This document shows positions 35,090 to 47,689 of a stretch of DNA of 64,000 nt, one piece after another. The DNA lies in the NCBI GenBank assembly GCA_011109175.1, contig RDEW01000009.1:1167652-1231651 (forward strand). Direction: 5' to 3'. The notes under the pieces were generated by a model. That model searched no databases, was not told the origin of the DNA, and saw only the letters and a program-made list of their open reading frames with translations. Position 1 is the stretch's first letter. Each line of letters opens with the position of its first letter. The stretch comes from Dicyema japonicum. Its lineage: Eukaryota > Animalia > Dicyemida. Position numbers and translations under genes: made by a program.

Positions 35090-37655
35090 ATTAATTTCCT
35101 CGTTTTCTCTTTGCTACTTCTTGGTGATGTAGCACGGAATTCGGGTCCCGATTTTATACTGATTATTCTACAATTAAATGTAAATGGAATCCGAAATAAA
35201 GTGTTGGAACTACGCTCCCTCTTATTCCATTTGAAAGTGGATATTGCCCTCATTCAAAAATCGAAGCTCTCTCGAACATCCTCAACCCCTTGTTTTCCTG
35301 GATATTGTGTACTTTGCAAGGACCGAACAAGAAGTCTCGGAGGAGGATTATTGAAAATCTTTATGATGGAATTAAGTTAAAGATCACCCCATTTGTATCT
35401 TCTCTCTGCGAAGGGGATTTTATTATGGAACAGATTTCTATTGAAGTATCTTTTTCTCCGACGACATGTTTTACACTATGTAATGTCTATATCCCGCCTC
35501 AAGGGTTATGTACTACTTCATATATCCCTAACCTATCGAGATTATGTGGACTAAAGGATCTGTTAATATGCGGAGACTTAAATGCCAAACATCCCCTCTG
35601 GCTCTGGTCACAATCAGCCAACAATCGCGGAGAGTACATCCTATCTATACTTGACGATTAACTATTCTAAATAATCCAGATTCCCATTTTAGGACCTCAA
35701 TCCGAATAGGGGACAGCCCAACCTCCCCAGACATGTCATTAAGTAATCCCTCTTTTGCTGATATCTTTGTGGGATGATTGTTATGGTTTTACAAGCGACC
35801 ATAACCCAATTGTATTAGACTCAAAAGATCTGTTTGTTTGCCAAGATGTTCTACCAAGTTCAAGAACTATTCGAAGGCAAACTGATTGGTTTCACCACGT
35901 TTGTAGAAAGTTGTTTATTGAGCCTCGCCGTTGAAGACTTTCCTATTGACAAGTCAGCTCAGATATTAACCTCGATAATCCTGAGAGCAACAGAATGTAT
36001 ATCTCACGGTCGTCTTACAAATCATTCAATCCGAAACTATCTTTGGGCATCCTGGTAGTTATCAAGAAACGGAATGCCTTGAAGAAAAGGGGAATGCAGT
36101 CACATGACTATAAATTGTCCATACGCACTCTCAATTACAGAATTTCCCGACTAATCTGTGCTAACCACATACATAAGTGCAGCCGGTTTGTTGGTCGACT
36201 ATGACACTAAAACTCGTGTGGCACCATTTGAAAGACAGAAAAGTATGGTGACGAGTGGGAGCCATTACCCCTATTTCCTCGGAACCTGCACGGAAACTTG
36301 CAAATAATCTTATGAAATATTATGTGTCGATCAGCAACAAGAATTTCTCTCGTTCTCTGAATGTCAAACTATGTGGTCCACAACAGACGCCATATACTCC
36401 GTTCTTCAGTCCCTATGAGTGAACAAGACCATTAAATTTCTACTCTCCACCCGAACCTGTGGCAAGACAATGTCTGTGCTATTCGCCTCAAGCACCTAGG
36501 ATCTCAAACACATATTGTGTTATCGAGGACTATTCCATCAACTCCCATACATTACCAAATATATGGAATAATTTACTGATTACACCAATTCTCAAGTCTG
36601 GAAAATCAAAGGACAATCCATTTTTTACCACTCTGTCTTCATAACGTGCTCCTTCTCAAAAGTTTTGGTGAAGCTTGTGTTAATGTTAATCTCCCCTTTT
36701 CTATAATTTCCTGATTTTCAGCATGGCTTCAGAGCAGGCCGTTCTATAACGACTCATTTGGGGTCTGTCTCCCAGTTCATCACAGACGTATTCAACATGA
36801 AGACGCACTTACGGACAACTCTGGTGTCCATAGATATACAGAAAGCCTTCGATTCTGTGTCTAAGTCACTCCTAACAAAAAAGATCTTTAATTCAAATTT
36901 ACATCCTTACATCATGCTATGGCTGGAAAATTTATTAACTGACCCACGTGGAATTGTCCGGATTGAAAAAATTACTTCAAAATAAAGTCTACTCCCAAAT
37001 GGAGTCCCATTAACCTATTTCTATACGATTTACCTACCACCAAAGATCAGGAAACTATGTTTTTATCTTACGCGGACGACCTGATTATCACTGCAAAGGA
37101 CAAATCTCCTTCCAGGGCTGTGGCGGTGGTTCAGTCACACCTCAACCAGGCGTGTGACCGGCTATCTATGAATTTGCTGTCTGTGTCTGCATCCAAGTCT
37201 CAGTTCACCCTATTTACTACGGACGTGAGATTTAAGATGGACTTGAGATATTCATCCGGAAACATTCCCATTCCCTATACGCGAATCCCTGGAGTGACAT
37301 TATACTCTCTTATGACGTTCTTCAGTCACATGGAGGAAGTCTTCGAAAATGGAACGTCCTAAAAGCTATCATAAAGAAGATCCCCTTCCAACCTACTGGT
37401 TGTATCAGAAATCTATATCTCCAAGTTATTGTGCTGACGATTGAATATGCCTGTTCTGTTCGGAGATTCGCTCTTCCTTCTTCGAGGGTCGACCCTATGA
37501 ACTCTTAGGCAGAAGATCATGCAGCATATGCAATCAGACACCATATCCATCCCCAGTTTCTTTTAGATGACGTTGAGAAATGGTCAGAGCTTCCTCGCTG
37601 GCGAAGCACTTGAAGAGAATTCGAGAGATGTTGAAGGCTAGGATCACTTAATTAG
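35090..37655 (+). mobile_element. Decayed full-length-like APE+RT LINE with a 2A-like motif before the endonuclease
   Basis: LLLGDVARNSGP (core at 35126-35149), then ILQLNVNG, CGDLNAKH, QHGF, KAFD, YADD; ends ...LKARIT* (GGATCACTTAATTAG). Confidence 0.85.
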
Positions 37656-37689
37656 TGAGTTAATACTTTCTTGGTTGTTTTGGGGTTTT

Positions 37690-38060
37690 AAAATAAATAA
37701 ATGCCCAACGACAATTTGTGGACCAATCGTTGCAAAGAATTATCCGAGTACTGCTATCTTGTACTTCAGTCAGGATTGGAAGAACTACACCCATGCCTTT
37801 CAAAACTACAATCGGTATTCCTCTTGTACGCGGATGATGTGGATTTCATATTCGAGGATACAGAAGCTCTCTCACATCTAATGAAAAATGTACCGGATAA
37901 ATTGATTTAATGGTTCCTAATCGTAAACTGGGACAAAACCGAAATAACCGAAATCAAAAGAATGAACGTTAGAGACATGTTAATTAAGCTTGGATCCCTA
38001 CTGGAGAGACAAAAGACATCAAAAGGAATGCAAAAACTCAAAAAGGGATGGCTGAAGGTA
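37690..38060 (+). mobile_element. LINE RT fragment
   Basis: FLLYADDVDF motif. Confidence 0.5.
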
Positions 38061-40715
38061 CTATGTTAATCTACTGATGCTCATGTTAATAATATCATCC
38101 CAGTTTGTATTGCTACAGCCAGCATTTCTTTTCACATTGATAATGTCCATATATAGTTTTGGATAATTACTAAGGATTACATTATAATAACGAACGAACA
38201 TTTTAAGTTGACAAAATATCAGTTTATAATCCAATTTTCTTAACCTTATAAAAATCACATCAAAGTGAACAGAAACACATTTACATATTAATGATAATAT
38301 CCCATCTTCTCCCTGGCCAACTCCACTAGTGAGGATTATCACTATGACAACTCTTCCTTCAAAGACGAAGTGATCTTTCTGACGGTAGGACTTGTGATGA
38401 AAATGGAAGAAGGTGGACATATTTCTCACCTCTCTTCGAAAGTGGATGTCCATAATGAATTATTGGAGGTTGGACTTGGTTGGCAAACATTCTCCCTTTA
38501 GTTGCTTCCTTGGATTAACCCCTGGATCACTAAAAAACACAGATTTAACGTCAGACAGTTAGGTGATCCTAGTTCCTTCAATCAACTCGGCATCCAAAGT
38601 CTTTGGTTTTCCATTGTCACCACTACCGTACAAAAGAGCCTTCTCTCGTTTCTGCAAGGGAATAAAATTGGAGATTTTTGTACCAATCAATTTTCTTTGC
38701 CTTTTCTTTGATGGTTTGCTGATAAAGTTGCAATAAAGTCATCGACATTTAGGGGTCCTCTGAACAACTGTACGGACAACATCCATCTTCTGGAGTGCTT
38801 TGGTGGAGACTTACTTCGTATGTGAGTTGAAACCTGTAGCTAATTATCTCCTAATGAAATAAGCCACGTAACCGACTCAACCAGTCGGCTAACCATTTTT
38901 ATCCTCGCACTTGTATCGATACCTGAATCGATAAAAAACAATAAATAATCTTTTAGTGAAGAAGAACATTATTTTTGAAAGATTCTAAAAAATATCGACC
39001 GTCTTTAAAAACTGCACATAAACCAAAGTTCCCATAGCTTGAAGATAAGTTGGTAGAATGGATGGAGGTAGTAGAGCCTAGAGATATTTATCGAAAAATC
39101 AATTTTCTAGGTCGTTTTCTGAATGATGCCTTAATATTTACCAAGGCCGCATTTTTGCATTCAATGAAAATTCATTAGAAGATTCAGTAGTGAAAAATAA
39201 GAAGAAAGATATTTTAGTTGGATTATCTGCAACAGAGAGGGGAGTCAGCCAATGTTGAGAATGAACATCAAGTTTCTCTAATTTCTTCAATAAGAAAGTA
39301 CAAGCAAGTATTATCGAATCAAATAAAAAACCGTTAGAAATTAAATTTTATTTTAATAAAACTTAAATATGTTTTTGGTTCATTTAAGGATTTAAAAATT
39401 CTTTGTTCATGTTCCTCAAAATTATTGATTTTATTTTTTTAAATTGGTCACAAAATTCTAAGGAACCAAAAAAGGCCAACTGTACTTGATTCCAGATTTG
39501 GATCATAAACAAAAGAAGATAGCCAGATGATGCAATAACCTTGAGAAATTGATCCAAGAAGCTTTTCATTCCGTTTCATGACGATTTTTTTATTTAAAAA
39601 CTCCTGGGGTGACCGGGAAAAAAAGACAAAGGTCAAGCTTTTATACCCGTCCCTAGGATCAGTTGTCTCATCGTGCGAGTATGGGCGTTCATCATGCTCA
39701 ATGTTGATTCGAAACATCTCGCATGCTTGCAAAGAAAATTAACAGGGGAACAAAATTTATGAGACGGTCGATTTTCTTTAGCATTGGATACAGTAAGACG
39801 AAGTGGAGTTCCTTAACAAACACGGAGAAAATCGCCCCATATCTGTTGATCGAACTTTCCGTAAATAGGGATTCGACGGGTATTTATACTTGGGAGCTCA
39901 TCGCACGGAGGGTCTGTAATTCAGCCGGTTGAGTTTTTCGAGTCCCAACTAAGAAATACCGAACCTGCCTTAGTTGAGAAATGCTTTAGTAAGTCAAAGT
40001 CTTTTAATGGATTCGTCCAAGTGGAAAGTAGTCTTGAGAGCGTATGAGGTTTATTCTTTGGAGTCACTTTGTGAAAGTCTTTTCCGTGTAGGTCTGAGAT
40101 GAATAAGTCCAGGATGACTTCGTGATTGATTGTCGATCTTCCAGGTCAAAGTCCGTATTAATCTTTGAGGACTTTGTCGCTCAAAGGGGATTTTTCACTT
40201 ATTAAAATGATAAGGTATATTCATTCAGGAACAATTTTAGCGTCGTGGGTATCAGATGAAGGTGTCATATTACAGCGAAGGGCAGTTCTTCACAGTGCAT
40301 TAATCGTTAAACTATCAGCAGGATGTAAAATTGCATACGTCCACTAAAGTGTTGGTTGGTGATGTGGAATAATAAATGGCTGATTACGTCAGCTATTATA
40401 CACATCTTGGAGAATAAGGGATGCATATTTAAGTTCATGTCTTCAAATGAACGAATGCCGCAGACTGTTCATTAAATCTGTCATGACTTGTTTGGTAATG
40501 TCAAACGACGGTGGATGACTAATTATATAGCCAATAAAGTTTATTATTAGTTGACTCTGGATAAATTTCACTGGAATGACCTTTTACCTAGAGGTCCCAT
40601 CAACGGTGAGGAGAAACAGAGTTCGATCCGGAGACGAAGGATAGGAAAATGGTGTTAGATATATGGACTGCAACAGATGCGAAATTTATGAGAAAAAATA
40701 GCGCTTGGTTAATAG

Positions 40716-40819
40716 TAGAAAGTAGTGATTATCAAGATCCATTCACGGTGGATCGCTTAAGGTGATGTCTAGAAAGTAGTGATTATCAAGATCCATTCAC
40801 GGTGGATCGCTTAAGGTGA
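40716..40819. repeat. Perfect 50-bp tandem duplication (54-bp period) containing a hairpin
   Basis: TAGAAAGTAGTGATTATCAAGATCCATTCACGGTGGATCGCTTAAGGTGA occurs twice; GATCCA...TGGATC stem. Confidence 0.95.
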
Positions 40820-41310
40820 GTTACTTCCGGAAAACCACAGTCAGAGGCTAAGGGAAAGTGAAACTTACACCAATTGATTGACACAAGAAGTTGAGGCTAA
40901 TTTGATTAAACAGAGAAAATTATGCGTTAATTAAATAAATTTATGATTTTCAATGTTTATTATTTATTATTATAAGCACTTCCAAGAAGTCGAAAAGTTA
41001 GCTTCCCTTTTGACACGTTCATGACAATTTCGTTAATTATCCTCTTCCAATTAGCCCTGTTTCTTGCTTTTTCTCTGCATTTTCAAGTTTCTTTCCGATA
41101 TTTTTCAGTTCTAGTGTAGCTCTTGGATTGTAGTGTAGCTCTTGGCCTTCTACGGAATGGTCCTCGTATTTCATGAAATATGTTTCCATTGCAATATTTG
41201 CATATCTATTTATTACTATTAAAAATGAAAACTAATTTTAATTACATAAATTAATTTTTTAATTTTTAAAAATTTTTTAAATTAATGGATAATCAAAAAG
41301 GCAATTCACA

Positions 41311-41908
41311 ATGACTGAGACAATAAAATGGTATGTCTTTAAGTTATGTTCAGGATTGAAGACTTTTATGGTTACAAACATTGGCCCGTTAAGGTATAGA
41401 AACACCTTAAAGTGCTTAGATCACAATTCCACATAGTGCATACAGGATCGTCGAAAATATGGTCCTCGTCCGTTGTTTGGGGGTCGGCATTTAGTCGGTT
41501 TATAAGATTATTTTTAGTCGATGGATGTATCCTACGGATCTGCACGACTATTCAAGTTTCACATATGATATCATGGACTACCTTCAACCAGTTCATCATG
41601 ACTTCCAAAAAGCCTTAATTGAAGTAGAAATGAATCTTGATTTTATAAATCCAATTCCGACGAATATTGCAGAAACGTCCCCCAATTTTCCTGAAATTAA
41701 CGAAAATTTGGAGGACAAAGTAAAGGTGATTCAACTAGTATTAGCTTTTGTAGACCAAATCGGGCAAACGTGGTCGAAAGAAGGTACCTAACTCTATCAT
41801 CCTTAGAAATCTGTCAAAATTGCGAATCCTGACCCTGAGGTTACGCAGAAGAATGAATCGGACAAAAATGGGAAAAAATATAGAAAGAAACGAAAACAGA
41901 ATTTATAA
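41311..41908 (+). CDS. Small PWWP-domain protein (HDGF/LEDGF-like) with basic C-terminus
   Basis: Five GT-AG introns of 23-28 nt give an open frame: WIEDFYGYKHWPVKI...VLVRCLG...WMYPTDLHDY...FQKALIEVE...KSGKRGRKK...KKYRKKRKQNL*. Confidence 0.7.
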
Positions 41909-41949
41909 GTTATTTTTTAGTTAAAAGAATAAATCTGTTTATTTCTAAG

Positions 41950-43200
41950 AAATACATTTATATAATTTCCACTTAATTTTGGAAGACCATAGGATTAGTT
42001 GGGAGAATAAGGGAGTCGTCAACAAAACCGGAAATTCGGTAGCGGCACGACTCAGAGACCCTCGCAAACTGAGATGGTCTCCCAGTGTCCGTGAATCACC
42101 ATCGTTTTTTTAAATGACAACTGTCTCTTGACAGCTAGACTGGGGACCCCAGACTGACAATGAGCAAGTCGAAACCGGCGGAGATAAGCATTTGGAATTG
42201 TCATTTATGATGAATTTGGCGTCTTCTAGTATCTCGGGTAGTTTTGGGGTATTTGATAAGAGAGTCTATACTGGATTAAGCAAATTCCCCATATAAAATA
42301 TTTAGTCATTAAACATGTTATACTAAGGGAATTGTCTGCACGTTGAGACAACTTTTTAATCGATAGCTGAGTCATCTCTGTTGGAATTTGACGATTTGAA
42401 TCTGAAATTTTAAATATATTAGCTGGTGCGTCGATGGAAGTCGTATCTTTGATGGATCGATATTTTTATTGCATGTCAAGAAAAAACAAAACAGAGCAAC
42501 TGTGGCTTCGGGGGAGATTTCTCGAATGCAACATTGTCCTTTCTATGACGATCTCTTTACTGGGTTGGTTGTCATAAGCTAGTAAGCACGGAAACAAGAG
42601 TACATAGGATTGTTGAATCCCGATGTTGACTGACTATCAACCTTCTAGGTTGAATCTCCTCGTGGTTGACTGTACACTACTTACACTCGACACAGATATG
42701 TGAGATAGTCATATTATTACTAAGCACAATAATCCTCGAATAGTGAGTTCTCCTTTTTCTGTTATAAGACAGGAAAATAATTATATGTAATCTTACACAA
42801 GTAAGGTTCAGAACGATTCAAAAAAACCCAGTTTGCATCATATTTCTTTAGGTCGTCAATCACTCCATAATTGTTGGAAAACCCGAAGGGATACATCGAC
42901 GATAAAGACATTAGAATTATTGCTGTTGGTTCTAGATTACCATTATGAAAAGTCTTCCGCCTAAGAATGAAGTGATGTCCGCGACGGTAGGGCATGTGGT
43001 GAAAATAGAAGAGGGCAGACCTAATTCACCACGACGGAAGCCTGTAATGGAGTATTGAAGAATGGATTTAGTCGGCAAAAGCATACGTTCTCCCTTGAGT
43101 TTTTGCTTTGTGAATGTGCTGGGCTTACTAAAGATTACATGACCGGGATTAATAAATAAAGAATTATCACTATCGTCAACAATAGTCAAATTGTATATGA
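41950..43200 (-). CDS. Probable multi-exon gene of unknown family; paralogous fragments at 13030-13260 and 38300-38800
   Basis: Open segments with tiny-intron-like breaks; conserved motif LKGExLPTKSxLQ...PSSIFxTxPTV shared among the copies. Confidence 0.35.
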
Positions 43201-43580
43201 AAATTAATAAATGACGTCATTTACAAAAATGAGCAGATAACTAAATATATAGGCCTTATATAAGACGAATCCACAAAAGGGTACAAAAAGAAAACTGTTT
43301 TTGGTGAAATGACGTAAGAGGAAAATTAAAGAAAATTATTTCTCAAATGTGCCTAAAGATATTAATTAACGAGAACATTATTCAATCGGTTATAAATGTA
43401 AGATACCAAAATGATTTTGCTCACAGATTTTTTCAGCAGATCTCTACGAAGATATCGAAAGTACTGGTCCAATGCGATGGAGTATGTATTAATCAGTAAA
43501 CACTAGAAATCAATATTATTTGTAAAATCAATTGTTTTTCGGAAATGTTCATCCGTCAGAATTAATAACTTTGAATATTA

Positions 43581-44388
43581 ATGGAATGTACGAAAGTTTA
43601 TCAAATGAATATTAAAATAAGGATGGAGAAATTTGTTAATATTATCGGACGTGATAATTTGGGGGAATATCTGGGGACAGTTGTATTCCTTGTCTTCAAA
43701 CAGGCGGCTATAGCGAGTCGTTTAAAAACTCAAAACTACCTTGCCCAAAATCTGAGCATCGGAATTGGAGTCATGTTGGGGTTTTATATTTCCAATTCTG
43801 TTGGAGGAGGACAAATGAATTCAGCAGTTACTCTTTCACTGTGCATTATTGGGCATGTAAAATGGAAGAAACTACCTTCTTTTGTCTTGGTTCATTTCCT
43901 GGCCAGTTTTACAAGTTGTTTCGTCATTTATGGACTTTGCAATAATGAATTTTACTTGCATCAACCCTGGTATAGCCCTCGTTTGAAAGAAACTATGTCC
44001 ACATTTTGACGACTTTGCCGAGTGAATATATAATTCTTGCGTTTATGGAACAATTCCTTGCAATCAGTTCAATCATGGTTGGAGTGTTAACAATAATTGA
44101 CAAAAAATCTAAACTACAGGAAATAAAATTTCATCCTCTAATGCTCGGGTTGTTGGTAACTGGTGTCCTCTGTACGTTCAACGCTTCAGGATCCACCACA
44201 ATTCATCCAAATTTGGATCTTACGGGGAGAATAACAGCATCTATCATTGGATATGATAATTATATAATTTGGAAATTTCCGTACTGCATTATTTCATTAT
44301 TTTCTCTACCACTGGGGCCATTTTTGGCACATTTGTATACCAGTTATTTGTGGAGATCTGGATGAGTGACGGAGTAGTAGAGAGTTAA
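43581..44388 (+). CDS. Aquaglyceroporin-like MIP channel with non-canonical NPA motifs; no introns seen; two 1-bp frameshifts
   Basis: EYLGT, GGQMNSAVT, KWKKLP, FMEQFLA, TIHPNLDLTGR, GAIFGTFVYQL (corrected frame) align with AQP3/7/9. Confidence 0.85.
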
Positions 44389-44529
44389 CAATTAACCTAA
44401 CAAATTTACTAATTATGTCTCAAAAAGTGAGATTCGATATTATTAGTCCTTGATATAATCTCCTGTTATATTCACTATTTAATCATATATTCATGAAATC
44501 GTTAAAATAACTAAACATATTATTCAATT

Positions 44530-44870
44530 GAGCGTGGATGCTCTTAGAATCGAAAACGCATTCCTCCTAAAATTTGAAAGGAATACGCTCAATATCTAGC
44601 TCTTCTCTCGCTTATCTTTTTTCCTCTAAGCGATAAGCGATCCAATATGGTTCAGCAGGGTCTGTCCCCAATGACTGCTGATGTTTCGCCGGCGACTAGT
44701 TAAAAAATGATCTGCCCATCGAGACTTTCTATTTATTTTTCTTAAAAGTCTCGACCCTTTTTGAGACTGAGCTTGGGTTAGTTGCCGCCAGTGCAAGGTT
44801 GTAAGAGGAGAGGCCACTAAGGAAGATGACGACCCAGGCGAGATATCACCCGCTTTCCCATGCAAAAAGA
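44530..44870 (-). mobile_element. Decayed CRE-like 3' fragment
   Basis: LVAGETSAVIG...RRNAFSI. Confidence 0.5.
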
Positions 44871-45170
44871 GTTATCCATGCAAAAGAGTTATCCTGTAAG
44901 GCGTAAAGACATTTAGCGTCGACTATCCTTCCGCGATCACACAAAGATCCACTCAGAGGTGGACGCAGATCCATATTCCCGTGGAGTAGTCGTCCAATAG
45001 CATACCAAGAGATTAAGCTAGATAAACAAAAAGAAACAAAAATAAATCTAAAATTTAAAGAAAAACGAATAACTTAACACCATAGAGTAAATATTCACTT
45101 TATCGTCATGAAATTCACTCATCACCAGATTGTGCTTATGTAACTTCTATACATCGATTTGCTTTAAAGG

Positions 45171-45662
45171 TAGGCTTATTACCACTTTATTATTCTAGAA
45201 ATCCGGGACATTTATCGATTTCAATAATCAAAATCAGGGACTTTCCGGGACAAAAAAAATTAACAGAAAAACAAGAAAATATCTTTAGTTAAAATTAATT
45301 AAAAAGTCGATTATATCTTTGAATGAATGAACTTTATCTAGAAATTTTTGATTATTTCAAAAAATCAATACATGGCATGTCAATGTTCAATTTACAACTC
45401 AACAATGATTTAAGGATTTCTTATTGAAAATATTCTTTCTACAAGAGCAGTAGAGCCGGGTAAGCAAAAAACATATAATTTTAAAAAGTTAGTAATTTGA
45501 ATACTCCTCTCATTACAATAGTTACAAACATCCAATTTAATTCGCAATTATCCTGATTAGTTTTCCATTCCCACATTACTAAATAATTATCCGGACACGT
45601 AGGGACAAAATCGGGACAAAATCCGGGACAAGGCTCTAAATCCGGGACGAATGGTAAGCCTA
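45171..45662. mobile_element. hAT (Blackjack/Tip100-like) MITE, 492 bp
   Basis: 8-bp TSD TTTAAAGG at 45163-45170 and 45663-45670; TIR TAGGCTTA(TTA)CCA; several subterminal CCGGGACA motifs. Confidence 0.85.
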
Positions 45663-46294
45663 TTTAAAGGTGATCTTAAAGATACCTGGCTTATTACAAC
45701 GTACTTTTGTTTCCGTGCTTATCGTATCTATTCTAATTTCAAAAACTTCACTAGTGATTGTGGAGATAAAATAGTTAGAATTTTCCCTTTACTTAAAAAA
45801 ACATGTTACAATCTTGAGTCAGTCATAGCGCGTACCCATTAAGTAACCAATTGAAGACTCAGTTACGCCGACAGTTGAACCATAATGTGTGTATTTGTTC
45901 AAAGATCTTCACGTGTGAATGTCAGAGTTTTTAATTTTATGGAGATACTTAGGATTTCTCAGTCAACCGTATTCATCCCAAAGGTATTTTGAGAACTAGA
46001 ATTAGTTGTCTCCCAGCGTTAATCAAGTGCGAATAATGGGACACTCAACATTCGTATAAGTTGTGAATAATAGTTTAATAGAAGTTTTTGGGTGATAGAA
46101 AATTGGCGTATTCGTGAAGGAGTAAACCCACGTGTGAAAATTTAAATATCTCAAAAATTGTAATCCAATTCATGTTATTAAAACTAAACTTAACTAGAAT
46201 CGGCAAATCACTTGAATCGGGTATGTTAGGAGAGAATAGTGAAAACTATATAAATATTATTTTTACAGTCAGTCATGGGGGATCAACTTATTTT

Positions 46295-46490
46295 TAATTA
46301 ACCCCGGATAAACCTGAAAGATGTTTTATCCACTTCCCACAGTCATAATGAGAAGCATCCTTTCCAAGCATTATCAGACATCCGTATCCCCTATTATGAG
46401 AACTTTTCCATTGGAATAGGGAACAGAGGGGTCCTATCTGATGCCGTGGCGTTTTCTAAGTCAGGTGGATCCCATAACACCTCTTAAGAA
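46295..46490 (-). mobile_element. Short non-autonomous retroelement copy
   Basis: Head GGTGTTATGGGATCCACC...AACGCC and tail TTTATCCGGGGTTAA, as in 22455-22703. Confidence 0.6.
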
Positions 46491-46999
46491 TTGACAAGGC
46501 AGTAAAAATCAGTTAGGGAATCCAACCTACAGTTAATCATGAGCCGAGCGACAACACTAATAACGACACAGCGAATTTTTGACTTTTTAGACAAAATAAA
46601 AGTAAATAAAATTCGCAAAAAAAATAAGTATCAATCAGTCCCAACCTTTGAACGGTTAAATAACTTTCCATTAACTTGGAGAGATTCAAGCATTTGAATA
46701 TTTTCATTAAAAATCTAAATTTTATTAAGACGCAAAGGACTCGTGATTAAATACTTTTCGCATTTGACGATGTTGAACAGATCCTACCCTCGTCACTCCA
46801 CTGTCGGAGTCGCCAATACAAAAAAATGGCTGTGGATTCCTCAGTTCTGTCGAATCCAAAATGGGCGATTTTTTTCAGACACCCGTCCCTCATTGACTTA
46901 GTGTGTAGGCACAAGCGCAAACACTTCAGGGAAACAGAGGGTTCCCTCGATGAGTACAGGATGAAAATAGCAAAGGTGATAAGGTGAACCAGAATTACC

Positions 47000-47200
47000 T
47001 AATTAGTTCGCTCTCATAGTTGAAAACGCATTATTGTAATGAACTCATAAGTCATCCTCTTCTAGGCTGTCCCTCTTGTTTGTTATCAACGATCCGATGG
47101 TGCGTAAGAATGGAAACGATTTGGATCATATGATCTCCGAGGTTTCAACTGTTCTCTTAAAATGTGAGATTTTCATTCTTTGATGGTCTCTGCTCTCGCT
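47000..47200 (-). mobile_element. CRE-like 3' fragment
   Basis: Homologous to 16120-16330; ends NAFSTMRAN. Confidence 0.55.
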
Positions 47201-47689
47201 GAATCTTGGCTGTTTATTGTTTCTACAAAAATCATTAACTTTCCATAGTCACATACCCGACATTTAGTACAAACAACGAAAATTAACTAAATCGGACGTC
47301 TGTTTAGCAGGGTCGGAGATTTTTCTAAAATTTTCACTTTTTAAATTCATCATTATCTTCCAATCAACTGGTAGTTGATCCCCCATGACTGACTGTCTCA
47401 TTGGAAAGAAAACAGACGACTGACTTTGATTCAGGAAGAGGCATCAAAATGAGTTTGTAATTAATGTATAATTTATTATAAAAAAAGCAAATTTAATATA
47501 TTATTCAATTGCTCACAATCATAAACAGATCTCCAAAGCATCACAATTTGAAAAACTCGAAATATATCTGATTTTAAATTATGCTTAGGCATTATGTGAT
47601 TCACTGAAATATTATATATGTGTAATAAATTTATTCACAAAAACACAGTTAATAATCACTGGCGGCTCTCAGAATTGAGAACATTTTTC

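Larger units (their letters stand above)
46266..47395. mobile_element. Tc1/mariner-type non-autonomous TIR element with nested insertions
   Basis: Perfect inverted repeat ACAGTCAGTCATGGGGGATCAACT (46265-46288 vs 47373-47396); TA on the left, TC on the right. Confidence 0.7.

Noticed and set aside
40575-40598. U5 snRNA loop I (CCTTTTAC)
   Set aside because: Only the short loop-like word matches; there is no convincing U5 stem or Sm site.
42030-42095. SECIS-like or ncRNA hairpin (GAGACC...GGTCTC)
   Set aside because: It lacks the ATGA/GA kink-turn core, and there is no upstream in-frame TGA selenoprotein candidate.
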